DNA from: Alphaproteobacteria bacterium
GTDB lineage: Bacteria; Pseudomonadota; Alphaproteobacteria; Bin95
Direction of reading: 5' to 3'
Length of the DNA: 64,000 nucleotides
NCBI GenBank assembly: GCA_965205265.1
Contig: CBDBGH010000003.1
Coordinates: 3,872,001 to 3,936,000 of the forward strand
Positions within the stretch are counted from its first letter, which is position 1, and every line of letters begins with the position of its first letter. Both the position numbers and the translations under genes were made by a program. The notes beneath the pieces are model-generated. The model was given only the letters and a program-made list of their open reading frames with translations. It was not told the origin of the DNA and searched no databases. Below are positions 48,780 through 59,682 of this stretch, in pieces.

Positions 48780-49352
48780 ATGGCCGAAGGCGGGATGAAC
48801 TGGAGCGGCTATTATGCGAAGACACGGGGCCGGCCGCCGCGCCCGACGCTCCTGGAGGCGCTGGCGCGCTTCGGCGGGCGCGCCGGCCTTGCCGTCGATC
48901 TCGGCATAGGCGGCGGACGCGACGCGGCGGAGATGCTGGCGCGGGGCTGGCATGTGGTTGGCATCGACAGCGAGCCCGCCGTGCTGGCGCTGCCGCGCCA
49001 TCCCCGGCTGACGGTCAGGCGGGAGGCGTTCGAGACCGCGATGCTGCCGCGGGCGGACCTCGTGAATGCGAGCTTCAGCCTGCCCTTCTGCCCCCCGGAC
49101 GCCTTCCCGGCGTTCTGGCAGCGCATCGCGGCGGCGCTCACTCCCGGCGGACGCTTCGCCGGCCAGTTCTTCGGCCCCCGCGACGGCTGGTTCGGAGACC
49201 CCGGCATTACCTTCCTTGCCGAATCCGAGGTCCGGGCCCTGCTCGCCCCCTTCGCCATCGAACGTTTCGACGAGGAGGAAGACGACGCCGAAACCCCGCG
49301 CGGCGCCATGAAGCACTGGCACATCTTCCACGTCGTGGCGCGGAAGCTGTGA
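48780..49352 (+). CDS. Class I SAM-dependent methyltransferase (TehB-like)
   Basis: AVDLGIGGGRD, DLVNASFSLPFC, PGGRFAGQFFG, KHWHIFHVVARK. Confidence 0.88.
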   Translation: MAEGGMNWSGYYAKTRGRPPRPTLLEALARFGGRAGLAVDLGIGGGRDAAEMLARGWHVVGIDSEPAVLALPRHPRLTVRREAFETAMLPRADLVNASFSLPFCPPDAFPAFWQRIAAALTPGGRFAGQFFGPRDGWFGDPGITFLAESEVRALLAPFAIERFDEEEDDAETPRGAMKHWHIFHVVARKL

Positions 49353-49359
49353 GAGCCCG

Positions 49360-50094
49360 CTACACCGCCTCCACAATCAAAACGAGGCCGGAGAGGCAGA
49401 GGAGGCCGGTTACGATGCGGTGGAAGAGCGCGGCGTCGATGCGGCGATAGAGGCGGGCGCCCGTCCAGGCGGCGGCGAGTGCCACCGGCAGGCAGATCGC
49501 GGCGGCCGTCAGCGCGGCGAGGTCCATGGCGCCCGAGACGGCCATCGCCGCGGCCGCCAGCGCCAGCACGACGAGGTTGAAGGGCTGGTAAACGGCGCGC
49601 TGGGCGTCGGCGCTGCCGCCCCGGAGCCTCAGCCAGATCACCGGCAGCGGGCCCGAGAGCCCGGCGAAGCCGCCGAGCGCGCCGCCGCCGAGCCCGATTG
49701 CGGCGTCGGCCGCGCGCGAGGGCGGCGGCGAGGGCAGCCGCCCCGCCAGTGTAATCGCGGTATAGCCGACCAGCAGCAGCCCGACGGCAAGCCGCAGCAG
49801 GTCGGGCGAGGCGACCGCAAGCGCCGCCACGCCGAGCGGCACCCCGGCGATGCCGCCCAGAAGGTAGGGTCCGGCGCGGCGCCGGTCGAAGGCATGGCGC
49901 ACGAAGAGCGACGCCACCGCCTGCCCGCCGACGGAGACGAGCGCGACCAGCGGCGGCACCGTCCCCGGCTCCAGCGCGTGGAACCACACGCCTGCGGCCG
50001 CCAGCCCCGTGCCGAAGCCGGCGAGGCCCGTCACGAAGCCGCCGGCGAGCGCCCCCAGCAGCAGGAAGGGAAGCGCAGCGACATCAAGCTCCAT
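49360..50094 (-). CDS. TauE/SafE family sulfite exporter
   Basis: GFVTGLAGFG, GGFAGLSGP, multiple TM helices. Confidence 0.88.
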   Translation of the reverse strand: MELDVAALPFLLLGALAGGFVTGLAGFGTGLAAAGVWFHALEPGTVPPLVALVSVGGQAVASLFVRHAFDRRRAGPYLLGGIAGVPLGVAALAVASPDLLRLAVGLLLVGYTAITLAGRLPSPPPSRAADAAIGLGGGALGGFAGLSGPLPVIWLRLRGGSADAQRAVYQPFNLVVLALAAAAMAVSGAMDLAALTAAAICLPVALAAAWTGARLYRRIDAALFHRIVTGLLCLSGLVLIVEAV

Positions 50095-50136
50095 GGCAGA
50101 CTGCCGGCGCGAGCGCGGACAAAGGAGGGGCCGGCG

Positions 50137-51336
50137 TCAGGCGAGTCGGGCCATCGCGCGGGCGATGCGCCGGCCGGCCTCCTCCAGCCGGTCGAGCGGG
50201 GCCGCATAGCTCACCCGGACATGCGGCGAGAGGCCGTAGGAGGCGCCCTGCACCACGGCCACATGCGCCTCTTCCACCAGATAGTCCGTCACCGCCGTGT
50301 CGTCCTCGAGCCGCTTGCCGGCAGGCGTGCGGGCGCCGATGGCCGAGGCGACGGAGGGATAGACATACATCGCCCCTTCCGGCGCATGGCAGGGCAGGCC
50401 CGCTTCGTTGAGCGCGGCGACCATCAGGTCGCGGCGCTCGCGCATGACCTGCCGGCGCTCCTCGACGATGTCCTTCGGCCCGTCGAGCGCCGCCAGCGCC
50501 GCACTTTGCCCCACGGCATTCGGACAGGAGACGAGCTGGCCCTGGAGCTTGCCCATTTCCCGGACGATGTCGCGCGGGCCGCCGGCGAAGCCGACCCGGA
50601 AGCCGGTCATCGAATAGGCCTTGGAGACGCCGTTGATGGTGAGCGTGCGCGGGAAGAGTTCCGGGACCGCATTGGCCATCGTGGCGAGCGGCGCGTCCGT
50701 GTAGAGCAGGTGCTCGTAGATGTCGTCCGCCATCACATGCACATGGGGGTGCCGCGCCAGCACGGCGGCGAGCGCCTTCAGGTCCTCCGCGGAATAGGCC
50801 GCGCCCGAGGGATTGGAGGGCGAGTTGAGCGAGAGCCACTTGGTCTTCGGGCCGATCGTGGCCTCCAGGTCCTCCGGGAGCAGCCGGAAGCCGTTCTGCT
50901 GCGGGCAGGAGACCGGCACCGGCACACCGCCGGCGAGCCGCACAAGGTCCTCATAGGCGCCCCAGAAGGGCGCCGGCAGGATCACCTCGTCGCCCGGCGC
51001 CAGCGTGGCGAGGAAGGCGCAGGAGATCGCCGCCTTGGCGCCCGTGGTCGCCAGCACCTCGTCGGCGGCGTAGTCGAGGCCGTTCTCGCGGCTGAACTTG
51101 CGCCGGATCGCCTCCTTGAACTCGGGCGTGCCGTCGCGGTTGGTATAGCCGACGACGCCGTTCGCCATCGCCTTCTCCGCCGCTTTGCGCACATGGTCCG
51201 GCGGCGGGAAGTCGGGCTGCCCGATGGTGAGGTTGATGACATCGATGCCGTCGACCGCCATGGCGCGGGCGCGCATCGCGGCGTTCTGGCTGGCGGAGGC
51301 CTTGAAGCGGCGCATCCTGGGCGCAATGATCGACAT
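50137..51336 (-). CDS. Class I/II PLP aminotransferase (aspartate aminotransferase-like)
   Basis: LNSPSNPSG, DDIYEHL, GVSKAYSMTGFRVG. Confidence 0.93.
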   Translation of the reverse strand: MSIIAPRMRRFKASASQNAAMRARAMAVDGIDVINLTIGQPDFPPPDHVRKAAEKAMANGVVGYTNRDGTPEFKEAIRRKFSRENGLDYAADEVLATTGAKAAISCAFLATLAPGDEVILPAPFWGAYEDLVRLAGGVPVPVSCPQQNGFRLLPEDLEATIGPKTKWLSLNSPSNPSGAAYSAEDLKALAAVLARHPHVHVMADDIYEHLLYTDAPLATMANAVPELFPRTLTINGVSKAYSMTGFRVGFAGGPRDIVREMGKLQGQLVSCPNAVGQSAALAALDGPKDIVEERRQVMRERRDLMVAALNEAGLPCHAPEGAMYVYPSVASAIGARTPAGKRLEDDTAVTDYLVEEAHVAVVQGASYGLSPHVRVSYAAPLDRLEEAGRRIARAMARLA

Positions 51337-51402
51337 GGGAAACCCGCCCCTCCCGAGGCCTCGCAACGGCGCGGGTTATAGCACCGAAAGGAGAACCGCC
51401 CC

Positions 51403-52371
51403 ATGCCGGACAAGTCATCGCGCTGCATCACCGTGGCCGCCGCCCAGATGGGGCCCATCGCCCGCGCCGAGCCGCGCGCGCAGGTCGTCCGGCGCCTCGT
51501 TGCGATGATGCGCGAGGCGCATGGACGCGGCGCCGGGCTGGTGGTCTTCCCGGAGCTTGCGCTCACCACCTTCTTCCCGCGCTGGTTCATGGAAGACGAA
51601 GCGGAACTGGCCGCCTTCTACGAGGCGGAGATGCCGGGGCCGGAGACGCAGCCGCTCTTCGACACGGCCGCCGAACTGGGCGTCGGCTTCTATCTCGGCT
51701 ATGCGGAACTGGCGCAGGAAGGCGGGCGCGAGCGGCGCTACAACACGTCGATCCTCGTGGACCGGCAGGCGCGCATCGTCGGCAAATACCGCAAGGTGCA
51801 CCTGCCGGGCCACAGCGAATACGACCCGGCGCGGCCCTGGCAGCATCTGGAGAAGCGCTATTTCGAGGTGGGCGACCTCGGCTTCCCGGTCTGGCGGACG
51901 ATGGGCGGCGTGATGGGCATGGCGCTCTGCAACGACCGGCGCTGGCCGGAGACCTTCCGCGTGATGGGCATGAAGGGCGTGGAGCTGGTGATGCTCGGCT
52001 ACAACACGCCCGCCGCCAACTCGCTCGGGCCGGAGCCGCATCATGTGCGCATGCTGCACAACCATCTCTCCATGCAGGCCGGCGCCTACCAGAACGGCTG
52101 CTGGGTCGTGGGCGTTGCCAAGGCCGGCCATGAGGAAGGCTGCGACCTGATGGGCGGAAGCTGCATCGTCGCGCCGTCAGGCGAGATCGTGGCCCAGGCG
52201 CACACGCTGGAGGACGAGGTGGTCGCCTATAAATGCGACCTTGAGGAAGGCCGCTTCAACAAGCGGACGATCTTCAACTTCGCCGCCCACCGCCGCCCGG
52301 AGCATTACGGCATCATCACCGCGCAGACCGGCGCGACCGAACCCGCCGCGGAAGAAGGCGCTTCGCTGTAG
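51403..52371 (+). CDS. N-carbamoyl-D-amino acid hydrolase (nitrilase superfamily)
   Basis: FPELALTTFFPRW, YRKVHLPGH, HLEKRYF, LCNDRRWPE. Confidence 0.9.
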   Translation: MPDKSSRCITVAAAQMGPIARAEPRAQVVRRLVAMMREAHGRGAGLVVFPELALTTFFPRWFMEDEAELAAFYEAEMPGPETQPLFDTAAELGVGFYLGYAELAQEGGRERRYNTSILVDRQARIVGKYRKVHLPGHSEYDPARPWQHLEKRYFEVGDLGFPVWRTMGGVMGMALCNDRRWPETFRVMGMKGVELVMLGYNTPAANSLGPEPHHVRMLHNHLSMQAGAYQNGCWVVGVAKAGHEEGCDLMGGSCIVAPSGEIVAQAHTLEDEVVAYKCDLEEGRFNKRTIFNFAAHRRPEHYGIITAQTGATEPAAEEGASL

Positions 52372-52528
52372 TCGGGACTTCTCGCCAGGCGCGCGCGCCG
52401 GCAGACGGCGGCGCCGGGCCGGTACGGCATGTCGGTTCGCCTGTCCGCTATCCACCGGCCGCCGGCCGGGCTGTCGGCGCGCCGTGCGCCTCCTGTTATG
52501 TTCGGCGCATCGCGAGAGAGGCCGGGGC

Positions 52529-52843
52529 ATGAGCGCGGAGATGATTGCGATCCTGGCCGTCGGCGTGGCGCTGGCGGGCCTTGTGCTGCGGGGCCAGCAC
52601 GGCCTCGGCAGGCGCGTGGACGAACTCCGCGAAGACTTGGGCGCGCTCCGCGCAGACCTGGACCGGCGGGTGGGCGAACTCCGCGAAGACTTGGGCACGC
52701 TCCGCGGGGACATTGCCGGGCTCGATGCGCGGCTGCGGGGCGTGGAGACCGGCCTTGCCGAGGTGAGGGGCCAGTTGACGATGGTGCGGGACTACATCAC
52801 GGGCCGCAACCTGCGCGAGGCGGAGCCGGGCGCGGAGGAGTGA
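52529..52843 (+). CDS. Small membrane-anchored coiled-coil protein
   Basis: MSAEMIAILAVGVALAGL TM helix, then RRVxELREDLGxLR repeated (54-nt unit); GAGAGG RBS. Confidence 0.75.
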   Translation: MSAEMIAILAVGVALAGLVLRGQHGLGRRVDELREDLGALRADLDRRVGELREDLGTLRGDIAGLDARLRGVETGLAEVRGQLTMVRDYITGRNLREAEPGAEE

Positions 52844-52907
52844 CCGCCGGCGGCGGGCCTGCCGGATTCGTGCGTCGCCCCGGCCCCCCGGCGCAATCGC
52901 TTTTGAA

Positions 52908-53194
52908 GATTTGCGAGCAGGGCGCATAACCGGCATTCAACCGGGTTTCGAGGGGTCCGGCGGGATCGGGACCCGGATCGACGCCCGGCGGCCCGGCCCT
53001 CTGGCCCCTCATCCTGAGTAGCGACCGCACCAGCGGGCGCGTAGTCCTGAGCCTGCCGAAGGGATGCCCCCCGCGCCGTCCCTCGATACGCGGCTGGCGC
53101 CGCTACTTGGGATGAGGGAATGGAGGACCGCAGACGTCGCGCGCTCCCGAAACCCCGCTCGGCTCCCCCCAATGTCTAAACCGGACAGCAGTGG
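52908..53194. mobile_element. MITE copy 2 (left TIR missing), same family as 61014-61376
   Basis: 52908-53001 matches the reverse complement of 61264-61356; right end CTAAACCGGACAGCAGTGG is followed by AACAAGT. Confidence 0.75.
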
Positions 53195-53320
53195 AACAAG
53201 TCTGGGCATGACGGACGGGGGCGATCGGGGCGGCGGGCGTCGAAGCCGGAATGGGTTCCGATCAACGACCGTTGGTATCATCCATGCGCCGCACTTCCGG
53301 AAGACGGCAGCCGCCAGCCC

Positions 53321-54367
53321 CTATCCGAGAGCGGGCATGACCTCTTCGGCGATGCGGCGCACGCTTGCGGCGGCCTGTTCCTCGGTGAGGCCGTTGCCGG
53401 CATTGGTCTCGACCATGATGCCGTCGATGTCGAGCGTCTCGCGCCAGCGCCCCAGCGTCTCGACGAGCTGGGCGGAGGAGCCGACGGCGACATAATGGGC
53501 CCGGATGTCCTCCCAGGTGAGCGCTGAGAGCCGGGCCGCGGTCGCCGACGCGCCGCCCCTGCCGGTGCCCTTCTTCGCGCCCTGGCTCGCCACCAGCCGC
53601 GCCTGGCGCTCGAAATAGTGGACGAGCGTCGGGCGCGCCTCGGCGATGGCGGCCTCCGGCGTCGCGCCCGCATAGACCGGCACGCGCAGATGCACGGTCG
53701 GCCGGCCCGGATGGCCCGCCTCGGCCCAGGTTTCCCGATAGACGCGGATATTGGCGGCGAGCGGCTCCAGCCCGTCGCCGCGCAACCCGACGAAGAGCGG
53801 CAGGCCGAGCGCGCCGACCTTGGCGAAGGTGGCCGGCGACGTCGCCGCCATATACATGGGCGGGTGGGGCTTCTGGTGGACGGGTGGCATCAGCTGGGAA
53901 TCGCGCACGCGGTAGTAGCGGCCCTCATAGGAGAACCGCCCGCCCGCGAAGACGCCGCGCAGCACCTCCAGCGCCTCGTCGAAGCGCGCCTCGCTCTCTC
54001 CGTAGTCGATGTCGTAGCCGCGATATTGCGCGACGAAGCCGCTGCGTCCGATGCCGAAATCGAAGCGCCCGCCGCTGATCTGGTCCACCGTTGCCACCTC
54101 TTCCGCGATGCGCAGCGGGTGGGCGAGCGGCAGCACATAGACCGCCATGCCGATCCGGACGCGCCTGGTGCGCGCGGCGAGCGCGGCCGCCACCGCGATC
54201 GGCGAGGAGAGCACCGAGCGGTCCGGCATGAAATGGAACTCCGCCAGCCAGACCGAGTGCATGCCGAGGCGCTCGGCGAAGTCCGCCAGTTCGAAGCCCT
54301 CGCGGAAGATGTCGTCCGGCGCCCGCCCGTTGCGGACCCCGAATTCGAGGAACAGCCCGAATTCCAC
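53321..54367 (-). CDS. Luciferase-like (LLM) flavin-dependent monooxygenase
   Basis: AERLGMHSVWLAEFHF, HPLRIAEEVATVDQISGGRFDFGIGRSG. Confidence 0.92.
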   Translation of the reverse strand: MEFGLFLEFGVRNGRAPDDIFREGFELADFAERLGMHSVWLAEFHFMPDRSVLSSPIAVAAALAARTRRVRIGMAVYVLPLAHPLRIAEEVATVDQISGGRFDFGIGRSGFVAQYRGYDIDYGESEARFDEALEVLRGVFAGGRFSYEGRYYRVRDSQLMPPVHQKPHPPMYMAATSPATFAKVGALGLPLFVGLRGDGLEPLAANIRVYRETWAEAGHPGRPTVHLRVPVYAGATPEAAIAEARPTLVHYFERQARLVASQGAKKGTGRGGASATAARLSALTWEDIRAHYVAVGSSAQLVETLGRWRETLDIDGIMVETNAGNGLTEEQAAASVRRIAEEVMPALG

Positions 54368-54373
54368 GGCCCC

Positions 54374-55504
54374 TCAGCCCCCGAGGAACGCGGCGCTGCG
54401 GACGCGCAGCACGGCCTCGGCGTCCGTGACCAGCTCCGCCATGATGTCCGCGGCCGGGCGCACGGCGCGGACCATGCCGATGCCCTGGCCAGCGAAGCCG
54501 GGGTTGACATCGGCGCGGCCGGCGAGATTGGCCGCGACCATGACCGGGCGCGAGATATAGCCCTGATACGGCATGGGCAGCGGCTCGCGCTCCGGGTCGT
54601 TCGCCCAGAGCTCGGTCCATTTGGAGCGGATGATGCGCGCGGGCTTGCCGGTGACGGAGCGGGAGACCGTGGTGCCCTCGTCGGTCGCATCGACGATCGC
54701 CTGCTTCTGGCCGGGCTCGATGCCGGATTCGGCGGAAGCGAGGAAGGCCGAGCCCACCCAGGCGCCATCGGCGCCCAGCATCATCGCCGCCGCCACGCCG
54801 CGCCCGTCCGTGATGCCGCCCGCGCCCAGCACCGGCACCTTGCCCTCCACCGCGTCCACCACCTGCGGGATCAGCGCCATCGTGCCGATGGGTGAGTTGT
54901 GCCCGCCGCCGTCATGGCCCTGGGCCACCAGCGCGTCGAGACCGACGGGAAGAAGCTGCTTCGCATGGCGCACCGTGCCGATCACGGCCAGCACCTTCGT
55001 GCCCTTCTCGCGCAGCCGGTCGAGCCAGGCGGCCGGGCTGCCGAGCCCGGAGGCATAGACCGGCACGGCCTCCTCGATCACCACCTCCATCTGCGCCTCG
55101 AAAAATTCCTTCGAGAAGAGCGCCGGCCCGTCCTGCTGCGGCCAGACGGCCTCCTCGGGCGCTTCGGGAATGCCCTCTTGCGTGAGGAAGGCCTGCGCGC
55201 GTTCGCGGTATTCCGGCACGAGGTCGCGCGGCTGCGGGCCGTTGGCGGGCCAGCCTTTGTTCGCGCCCCGGCGCACCGAGGCCGGCAGCAGCGTATCGAC
55301 GCCGAAGGGCTTGTCGGTCAGCTCCCGGCAGCGGGCGATCCATTCCCGCAACTGGCGGGGCCCGAGCCCGGCCGCGCCCATAATGCCGAGCCCGCCTGCA
55401 TTGGAGACGGCGGCGGCAAGCTCCGGCGTGCTCGCCCCGCCCATGCCCGCCAGCAGGATCGGGTGTTCGATGCCGAACAGTTCGCAGATCGGCGATTTCA
55501 GCAT
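54374..55504 (-). CDS. Nitronate monooxygenase/FabK-like flavoprotein
   Basis: PILLAGMGG, AVSNAGGLG, QGHDGGGH, GAGGITDGRG. Confidence 0.9.
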   Translation of the reverse strand: MLKSPICELFGIEHPILLAGMGGASTPELAAAVSNAGGLGIMGAAGLGPRQLREWIARCRELTDKPFGVDTLLPASVRRGANKGWPANGPQPRDLVPEYRERAQAFLTQEGIPEAPEEAVWPQQDGPALFSKEFFEAQMEVVIEEAVPVYASGLGSPAAWLDRLREKGTKVLAVIGTVRHAKQLLPVGLDALVAQGHDGGGHNSPIGTMALIPQVVDAVEGKVPVLGAGGITDGRGVAAAMMLGADGAWVGSAFLASAESGIEPGQKQAIVDATDEGTTVSRSVTGKPARIIRSKWTELWANDPEREPLPMPYQGYISRPVMVAANLAGRADVNPGFAGQGIGMVRAVRPAADIMAELVTDAEAVLRVRSAAFLGG

Positions 55505-57180
55505 GCGGCCATGCCCCCCCGGGGTTGGATACGTTCCTGCGCGTCGGCGCGCCGCTCGATACGTTCCTGCGCGTCGGCGCGCCGCTCGATACGTTCCTGC
55601 GCGTCGGCGCGCAGTTCGACCTTTCGGATCTTGCCCGATGCGGTCATCGGGAATTCGTCGATGAAGAAGACATGCGCCGGAATCTTGAAGCTCGCAACCT
55701 TGCCCCGGCACCAGGCGGTCACGGCCCCGGCGTCGAGGAGGCTCCCCGGCTCCCGCTCCACATAGGCGGCGGCGACTTCCGCCAGCCGTTCGTCCGGCGC
55801 GCCGACCACGGCGGCCTGGCGGATTTCCGGATGGTCGAGCAGCAGGCCTTCGACCTCCATCGGATCGACATTCTCGCCGCCCACCTTGAGCATGTCCTTG
55901 TAGCGCCCGAGGAAGCGCATATAGCCGTCCTCGCGCCACACGGCCATGTCGCCGGTGCGGAACCAGCCGTCCTCCGCGTAGCTCTCGGCGGTCTCCGCGG
56001 GCTTCTTGTAGTAGCCGAGCATCAGGCTGAAGCCGCGCACCTGCAGCTCGCCCTCGACACCGGGCGGGCAGGGGGCGCCGGTTTCGGGATCGACGATGCG
56101 CGACTCGTAGCCGGGCGCGGGATAGCCGGAGGTCTCGGTGCGGTGCTCCAGACCGTCATCGACGGAGCCGACCGTGACGCCGAGCCAGACCTCCGTCATG
56201 CCGAAGCCGGAGACCGCGCGGAACGGCTTCAAGGTCTCGGCCCCGCGCCGGCAGACGGGCGTCGCGCTCTTCATGCCGGCGGCGAAGAGCCCGGTGCGCA
56301 AGCTGGAGAGGTCGCGCGGGCGGGCCTCCTGGGCCTCGCAGAGCCCCTTCATATGCGCCTCGAAGCCGTGCATCACGCTCACGCCCTCGGCCTCGACCAG
56401 GTCCAGGCATTCGTCGGGGTCGAAGGCCGCGGTCAGGATCTGGCGCGCGCCGAAGAGCGGCGACATCAGCGCGCCCTCGGAATAGCCGAAGGCGTGGAAC
56501 AGCGGCAGGTAGTTCAGGATGGTGTCGCGGACGGTCAGGCCCAGCTTGAAGCCGCGCTCCTCATTGTTGCGCACGAGCTTGTGGCTGTGCATCGCGCCCT
56601 TGGGGAAGCCGGTCGTGCCGGAGGTGTACATGATGAAGGCCACGTCATCGGGCGCGACCGCGGCCGCGCGGGCGCCGAGCTCCGCCTCCGGCACGGCGCG
56701 GCCTGCCTCCAGCGCCGCCCGCCAGCCGGCGAAGCCTTCCGGCGCCTCGTCCTCCGAGACCAGCACGATCCCGCGCAGTTCGGGGAAGTCCGCCCGGTCG
56801 AGTTCGCGGAGCATGGCGAGGTAGTCCACCGGCCCCGACACGTCGTGCGCGACCAGCATCGCGCTGTCGGACTGCTTCAGCACATAGGCCAGGTCGCGGG
56901 TGCGGAAGCGGGTGTTCACCGGCACGGTGACCGCGCCGATCTTGGCCAGCGCGAAATGGACGAAAACCCATTCGTCGCAATTGGTGAGCCAGAGCGCGAC
57001 ATGCTCGCCGGGGCCGACGCCGAGGCCGATCAGCGCGCGCGCCGCTTCGTCCACCTTCGCCGCGGCTTGCGCGAAGGTGTAGCGCCGGTCCCGATAGACC
57101 AGCGCCTCGCGGTCCGGCCAGCGCGCCGCCGCCTCGTCATAGAGGTCGCCGAAGCGGCGTTTCGGATACCAGTGCTCCAT
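55498..57180 (-). CDS. Acyl-CoA synthetase (AMP-forming)
   Basis: [38 protein letters not shown]. Confidence 0.93.
   Translation of the reverse strand: MEHWYPKRRFGDLYDEAAARWPDREALVYRDRRYTFAQAAAKVDEAARALIGLGVGPGEHVALWLTNCDEWVFVHFALAKIGAVTVPVNTRFRTRDLAYVLKQSDSAMLVAHDVSGPVDYLAMLRELDRADFPELRGIVLVSEDEAPEGFAGWRAALEAGRAVPEAELGARAAAVAPDDVAFIMYTSGTTGFPKGAMHSHKLVRNNEERGFKLGLTVRDTILNYLPLFHAFGYSEGALMSPLFGARQILTAAFDPDECLDLVEAEGVSVMHGFEAHMKGLCEAQEARPRDLSSLRTGLFAAGMKSATPVCRRGAETLKPFRAVSGFGMTEVWLGVTVGSVDDGLEHRTETSGYPAPGYESRIVDPETGAPCPPGVEGELQVRGFSLMLGYYKKPAETAESYAEDGWFRTGDMAVWREDGYMRFLGRYKDMLKVGGENVDPMEVEGLLLDHPEIRQAAVVGAPDERLAEVAAAYVEREPGSLLDAGAVTAWCRGKVASFKIPAHVFFIDEFPMTASGKIRKVELRADAQERIERRADAQERIERRADAQERIQPRGGMAAC
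55528..55612. repeat. Perfect 30-nt tandem repeat (2.8 copies) at the acyl-CoA synthetase 3' end
   Basis: GATACGTTCCTGCGCGTCGGCGCGCCGCTC units; protein [10 protein letters not shown] x3. Confidence 0.92.
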
Positions 57181-57194
57181 GCCCCGCTCCTTCC

Positions 57195-59150
57195 TTACGC
57201 CTGCAGCTCCGGCAGGCCCCGGAAATGCTCCAGCGCGTCGGGGTTCTCCAGCGCCTCGACATTGGCGACCGGGCGCCCGTGGACCACGTCGCGCACCGCA
57301 AGCTCGACGATCTTGCCCGACCGCGTGCGCGGAATGTCGGCCACCTGCGCAATGACGGCCGGGGCATGGCGCGGCGAGGCATGCTCGCGGATGCGCCGGC
57401 GGATGCGGTCCCGGAGCGCGTCGTCGAGCATGGCGCCGCCGGCGAGGCGCACGAACAGCACGATGCGCGTGTCGCCGTCCCATTCCTGGCCGATCGCCAG
57501 CGCCTCCTCCACTTCGTCCATCGACTCGGCCTCGCGGTAGATCTCCGCCGTGCCGATGCGCACGCCGCCCGGATTGAGCGTCGCGTCCGAGCGCCCGTAG
57601 ATCGTCATGCCGCCCGTCTTCGACGAGATGGAGGCGAAGTCGCCCTGGCGCCAGACATTGTCCCAGCGGGCGAAATAGGCCTCGCGGTAGCGCGCGCCGT
57701 CCGGGTCGTTCCAGAACCCGACCGGCATGGAGGGGAAGGGCCGCGCGCAGACCAGCTCGCCCTTCTCGTCCAGCACGTCCCGGCCCCCGCCGTCGAACAC
57801 GCGCACGTCCATGCCGAGCTGCGGGGCCTGGATTTCGCCGCGATGGACCGCGCCCAGCGGGTTGGCGCCGACGAAGCAGCCGAGCAGGTCCGTCCCGCCC
57901 GACATGGAGCCGACGGCCATGTCCGCCTTCGCCCTGCCGTAGAGCCAGTCGAAGCTCTCCGGCGCGAGCGGCGAGCCCGTGGTGAGCACGCTGCGCAGCG
58001 CATCCAGCCGCCGCCCGGCCGCCGGCTCCACGCCCGCCTTGCGGACCGCGTCCACATATTTGGCCGAAAGGCCGAGATGGGTGATGCCCTCCGCCTCGGC
58101 GAAGTCCCAGAGCGCCTCCGGGCCGGGGTGGAAAGGCGATCCGTCATAAAGCATCAGCGCCGCCCCGAAGGCGAGGCCGCCGAGCAGCCAGTTCCACATC
58201 ATCCAGCCGAGCGTGGTGAAGTAGAACACCCGGTCGCCCTCGCGGACATCCGCGTGCAGGCGGTGCTCCTTCAGGTTCATCAGCAGCGCGCCGCCCGTGC
58301 CGTGGACGATGCATTTCGGTTTCCCCGTCGTGCCCGACGAGTAGAGGATGAAGAGCGGGCGGTCGAAGGGCCCGCGGTTCCAGGCGATCGGGCCGGGCGC
58401 GAAACCGCCCGCGAAATCCTCCAGCGACACCGCCTTCGGCACGGCGGCGAGGTCCGGCTCGTCCGCCAGGTAGGGGATGACCGCGACGGTCTCGACCGTG
58501 GGCAGGCCGGATGCCACCTCGGCGAGCTTCGCGCGGATGTCGTGGTCGCGGCCCGCATATTTGTAGCCGTCCACGGCGAACAGGATGCGCGGCTCGATCT
58601 GGCCGAAGCGGTCGAGCACGCCGGCCGCGCCGAAATCCGGCGAGCAGGAGGAGAACACCGCGCCGAGCGCCGCCGTCGCCGCCATGACGGCCACCGATTC
58701 CGGCATGTTCGGCAGCAAGGCCGCCACCCGGTCGCCCTCCCGCACGCCCGCCGCCGCCAGCGCCTGCAAGATGCGGGAGGCCTCCTCGTGCAGCCAGTCG
58801 CGCGACCGGACGCGCCGGAGCCCGTCCTCGCGCCGGAAGACGATTGCCGGCGCCTCGCCCCGGAGCCGCAGCAGGTTTTCCGCATAGTTGAGCCGGGCGC
58901 GCGGGAAGAAGCGCGCGCCCGGCATGAGATGCCCGTCCTCCAGATAGGGCGCCGCGCCCTTCCCGCCGACAATGCCGGCGTCGTCCCAGACGAGGTTCCA
59001 GAAGGCTTCCGGCTCTTCGACCGACCAGCGGTGCAGGGCGGCGTAGCCGTTTGCGCCTGCGCCCTTTTCCGCATTGGCGCGCGCCATGAAGGCCGCAAGG
59101 TTGCTCGCTGCCTTGCGCGCGGCGGAAGGTTCCCAGAGGAGTTCGGACAT
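57195..59150 (-). CDS. Acetoacetate--CoA ligase
   Basis: [58 protein letters not shown]. Confidence 0.94.
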   Translation of the reverse strand: MSELLWEPSAARKAASNLAAFMARANAEKGAGANGYAALHRWSVEEPEAFWNLVWDDAGIVGGKGAAPYLEDGHLMPGARFFPRARLNYAENLLRLRGEAPAIVFRREDGLRRVRSRDWLHEEASRILQALAAAGVREGDRVAALLPNMPESVAVMAATAALGAVFSSCSPDFGAAGVLDRFGQIEPRILFAVDGYKYAGRDHDIRAKLAEVASGLPTVETVAVIPYLADEPDLAAVPKAVSLEDFAGGFAPGPIAWNRGPFDRPLFILYSSGTTGKPKCIVHGTGGALLMNLKEHRLHADVREGDRVFYFTTLGWMMWNWLLGGLAFGAALMLYDGSPFHPGPEALWDFAEAEGITHLGLSAKYVDAVRKAGVEPAAGRRLDALRSVLTTGSPLAPESFDWLYGRAKADMAVGSMSGGTDLLGCFVGANPLGAVHRGEIQAPQLGMDVRVFDGGGRDVLDEKGELVCARPFPSMPVGFWNDPDGARYREAYFARWDNVWRQGDFASISSKTGGMTIYGRSDATLNPGGVRIGTAEIYREAESMDEVEEALAIGQEWDGDTRIVLFVRLAGGAMLDDALRDRIRRRIREHASPRHAPAVIAQVADIPRTRSGKIVELAVRDVVHGRPVANVEALENPDALEHFRGLPELQA

Positions 59151-59289
59151 GCCTCTCGACCCGGTGACGGGACGGGGACCGGTGCGAACGATAGCCGCTT
59201 GCCCGCGCCCGCGAAACCTCGGCCGTGCGGCTTCTGGCGGCAGTCGGCGCGGCTTGACCCTGCCTCGCGGCGGCGGCACTTTGCCGGGC

Positions 59290-59682
59290 ATGGCGCGCGC
59301 GCTCGGACCCGCCCTCCGCAACGGCCTTCGCCGCCGCTGCCCGGCCTGCGGCCGGGGGCCGCTGTTCGCGGGCTATCTGCGCCCCGTCCGGTCCTGCGGC
59401 GGCTGCGGCGAGGCGCTCGGCCATATCCGCGCCGACGACTTCCCGCCCTATATCGCCATTCTGGCGGTGGGCCATATCGTCGTGCCGCTCCTGCTGTTCG
59501 CCGAGCAGAGCTGGGCGCCGCCGCTCTGGCTGCAGGCGCTGGTCTGGCCCGCTCTGGCGCTGGCGCTCGTCGCGGTGCTGCTGCCGGTGGCGAAGGGCGG
59601 CGTGCTCGCGGCGATGTGGGCGCTCGGCCTCACCGGCGGGGAACGGCAGGAAGAGCCGGGCGCCGGGGGGCGGGGCCCGTGA
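59290..59682 (+). CDS. DUF983 family membrane protein
   Basis: [13 protein letters not shown]....C..CG, ADDFPPY. Confidence 0.9.
   Translation: MARALGPALRNGLRRRCPACGRGPLFAGYLRPVRSCGGCGEALGHIRADDFPPYIAILAVGHIVVPLLLFAEQSWAPPLWLQALVWPALALALVAVLLPVAKGGVLAAMWALGLTGGERQEEPGAGGRGP

Noticed and set aside
55528-55612. CRISPR-like 30-bp repeats
   Set aside because: Units are contiguous with no spacers and lie in frame in a CDS
57225-59678. 964-aa ORF ending in YcgN
   Set aside because: Antisense shadow of the acetoacetate-CoA ligase; YcgN starts at GTG 59679
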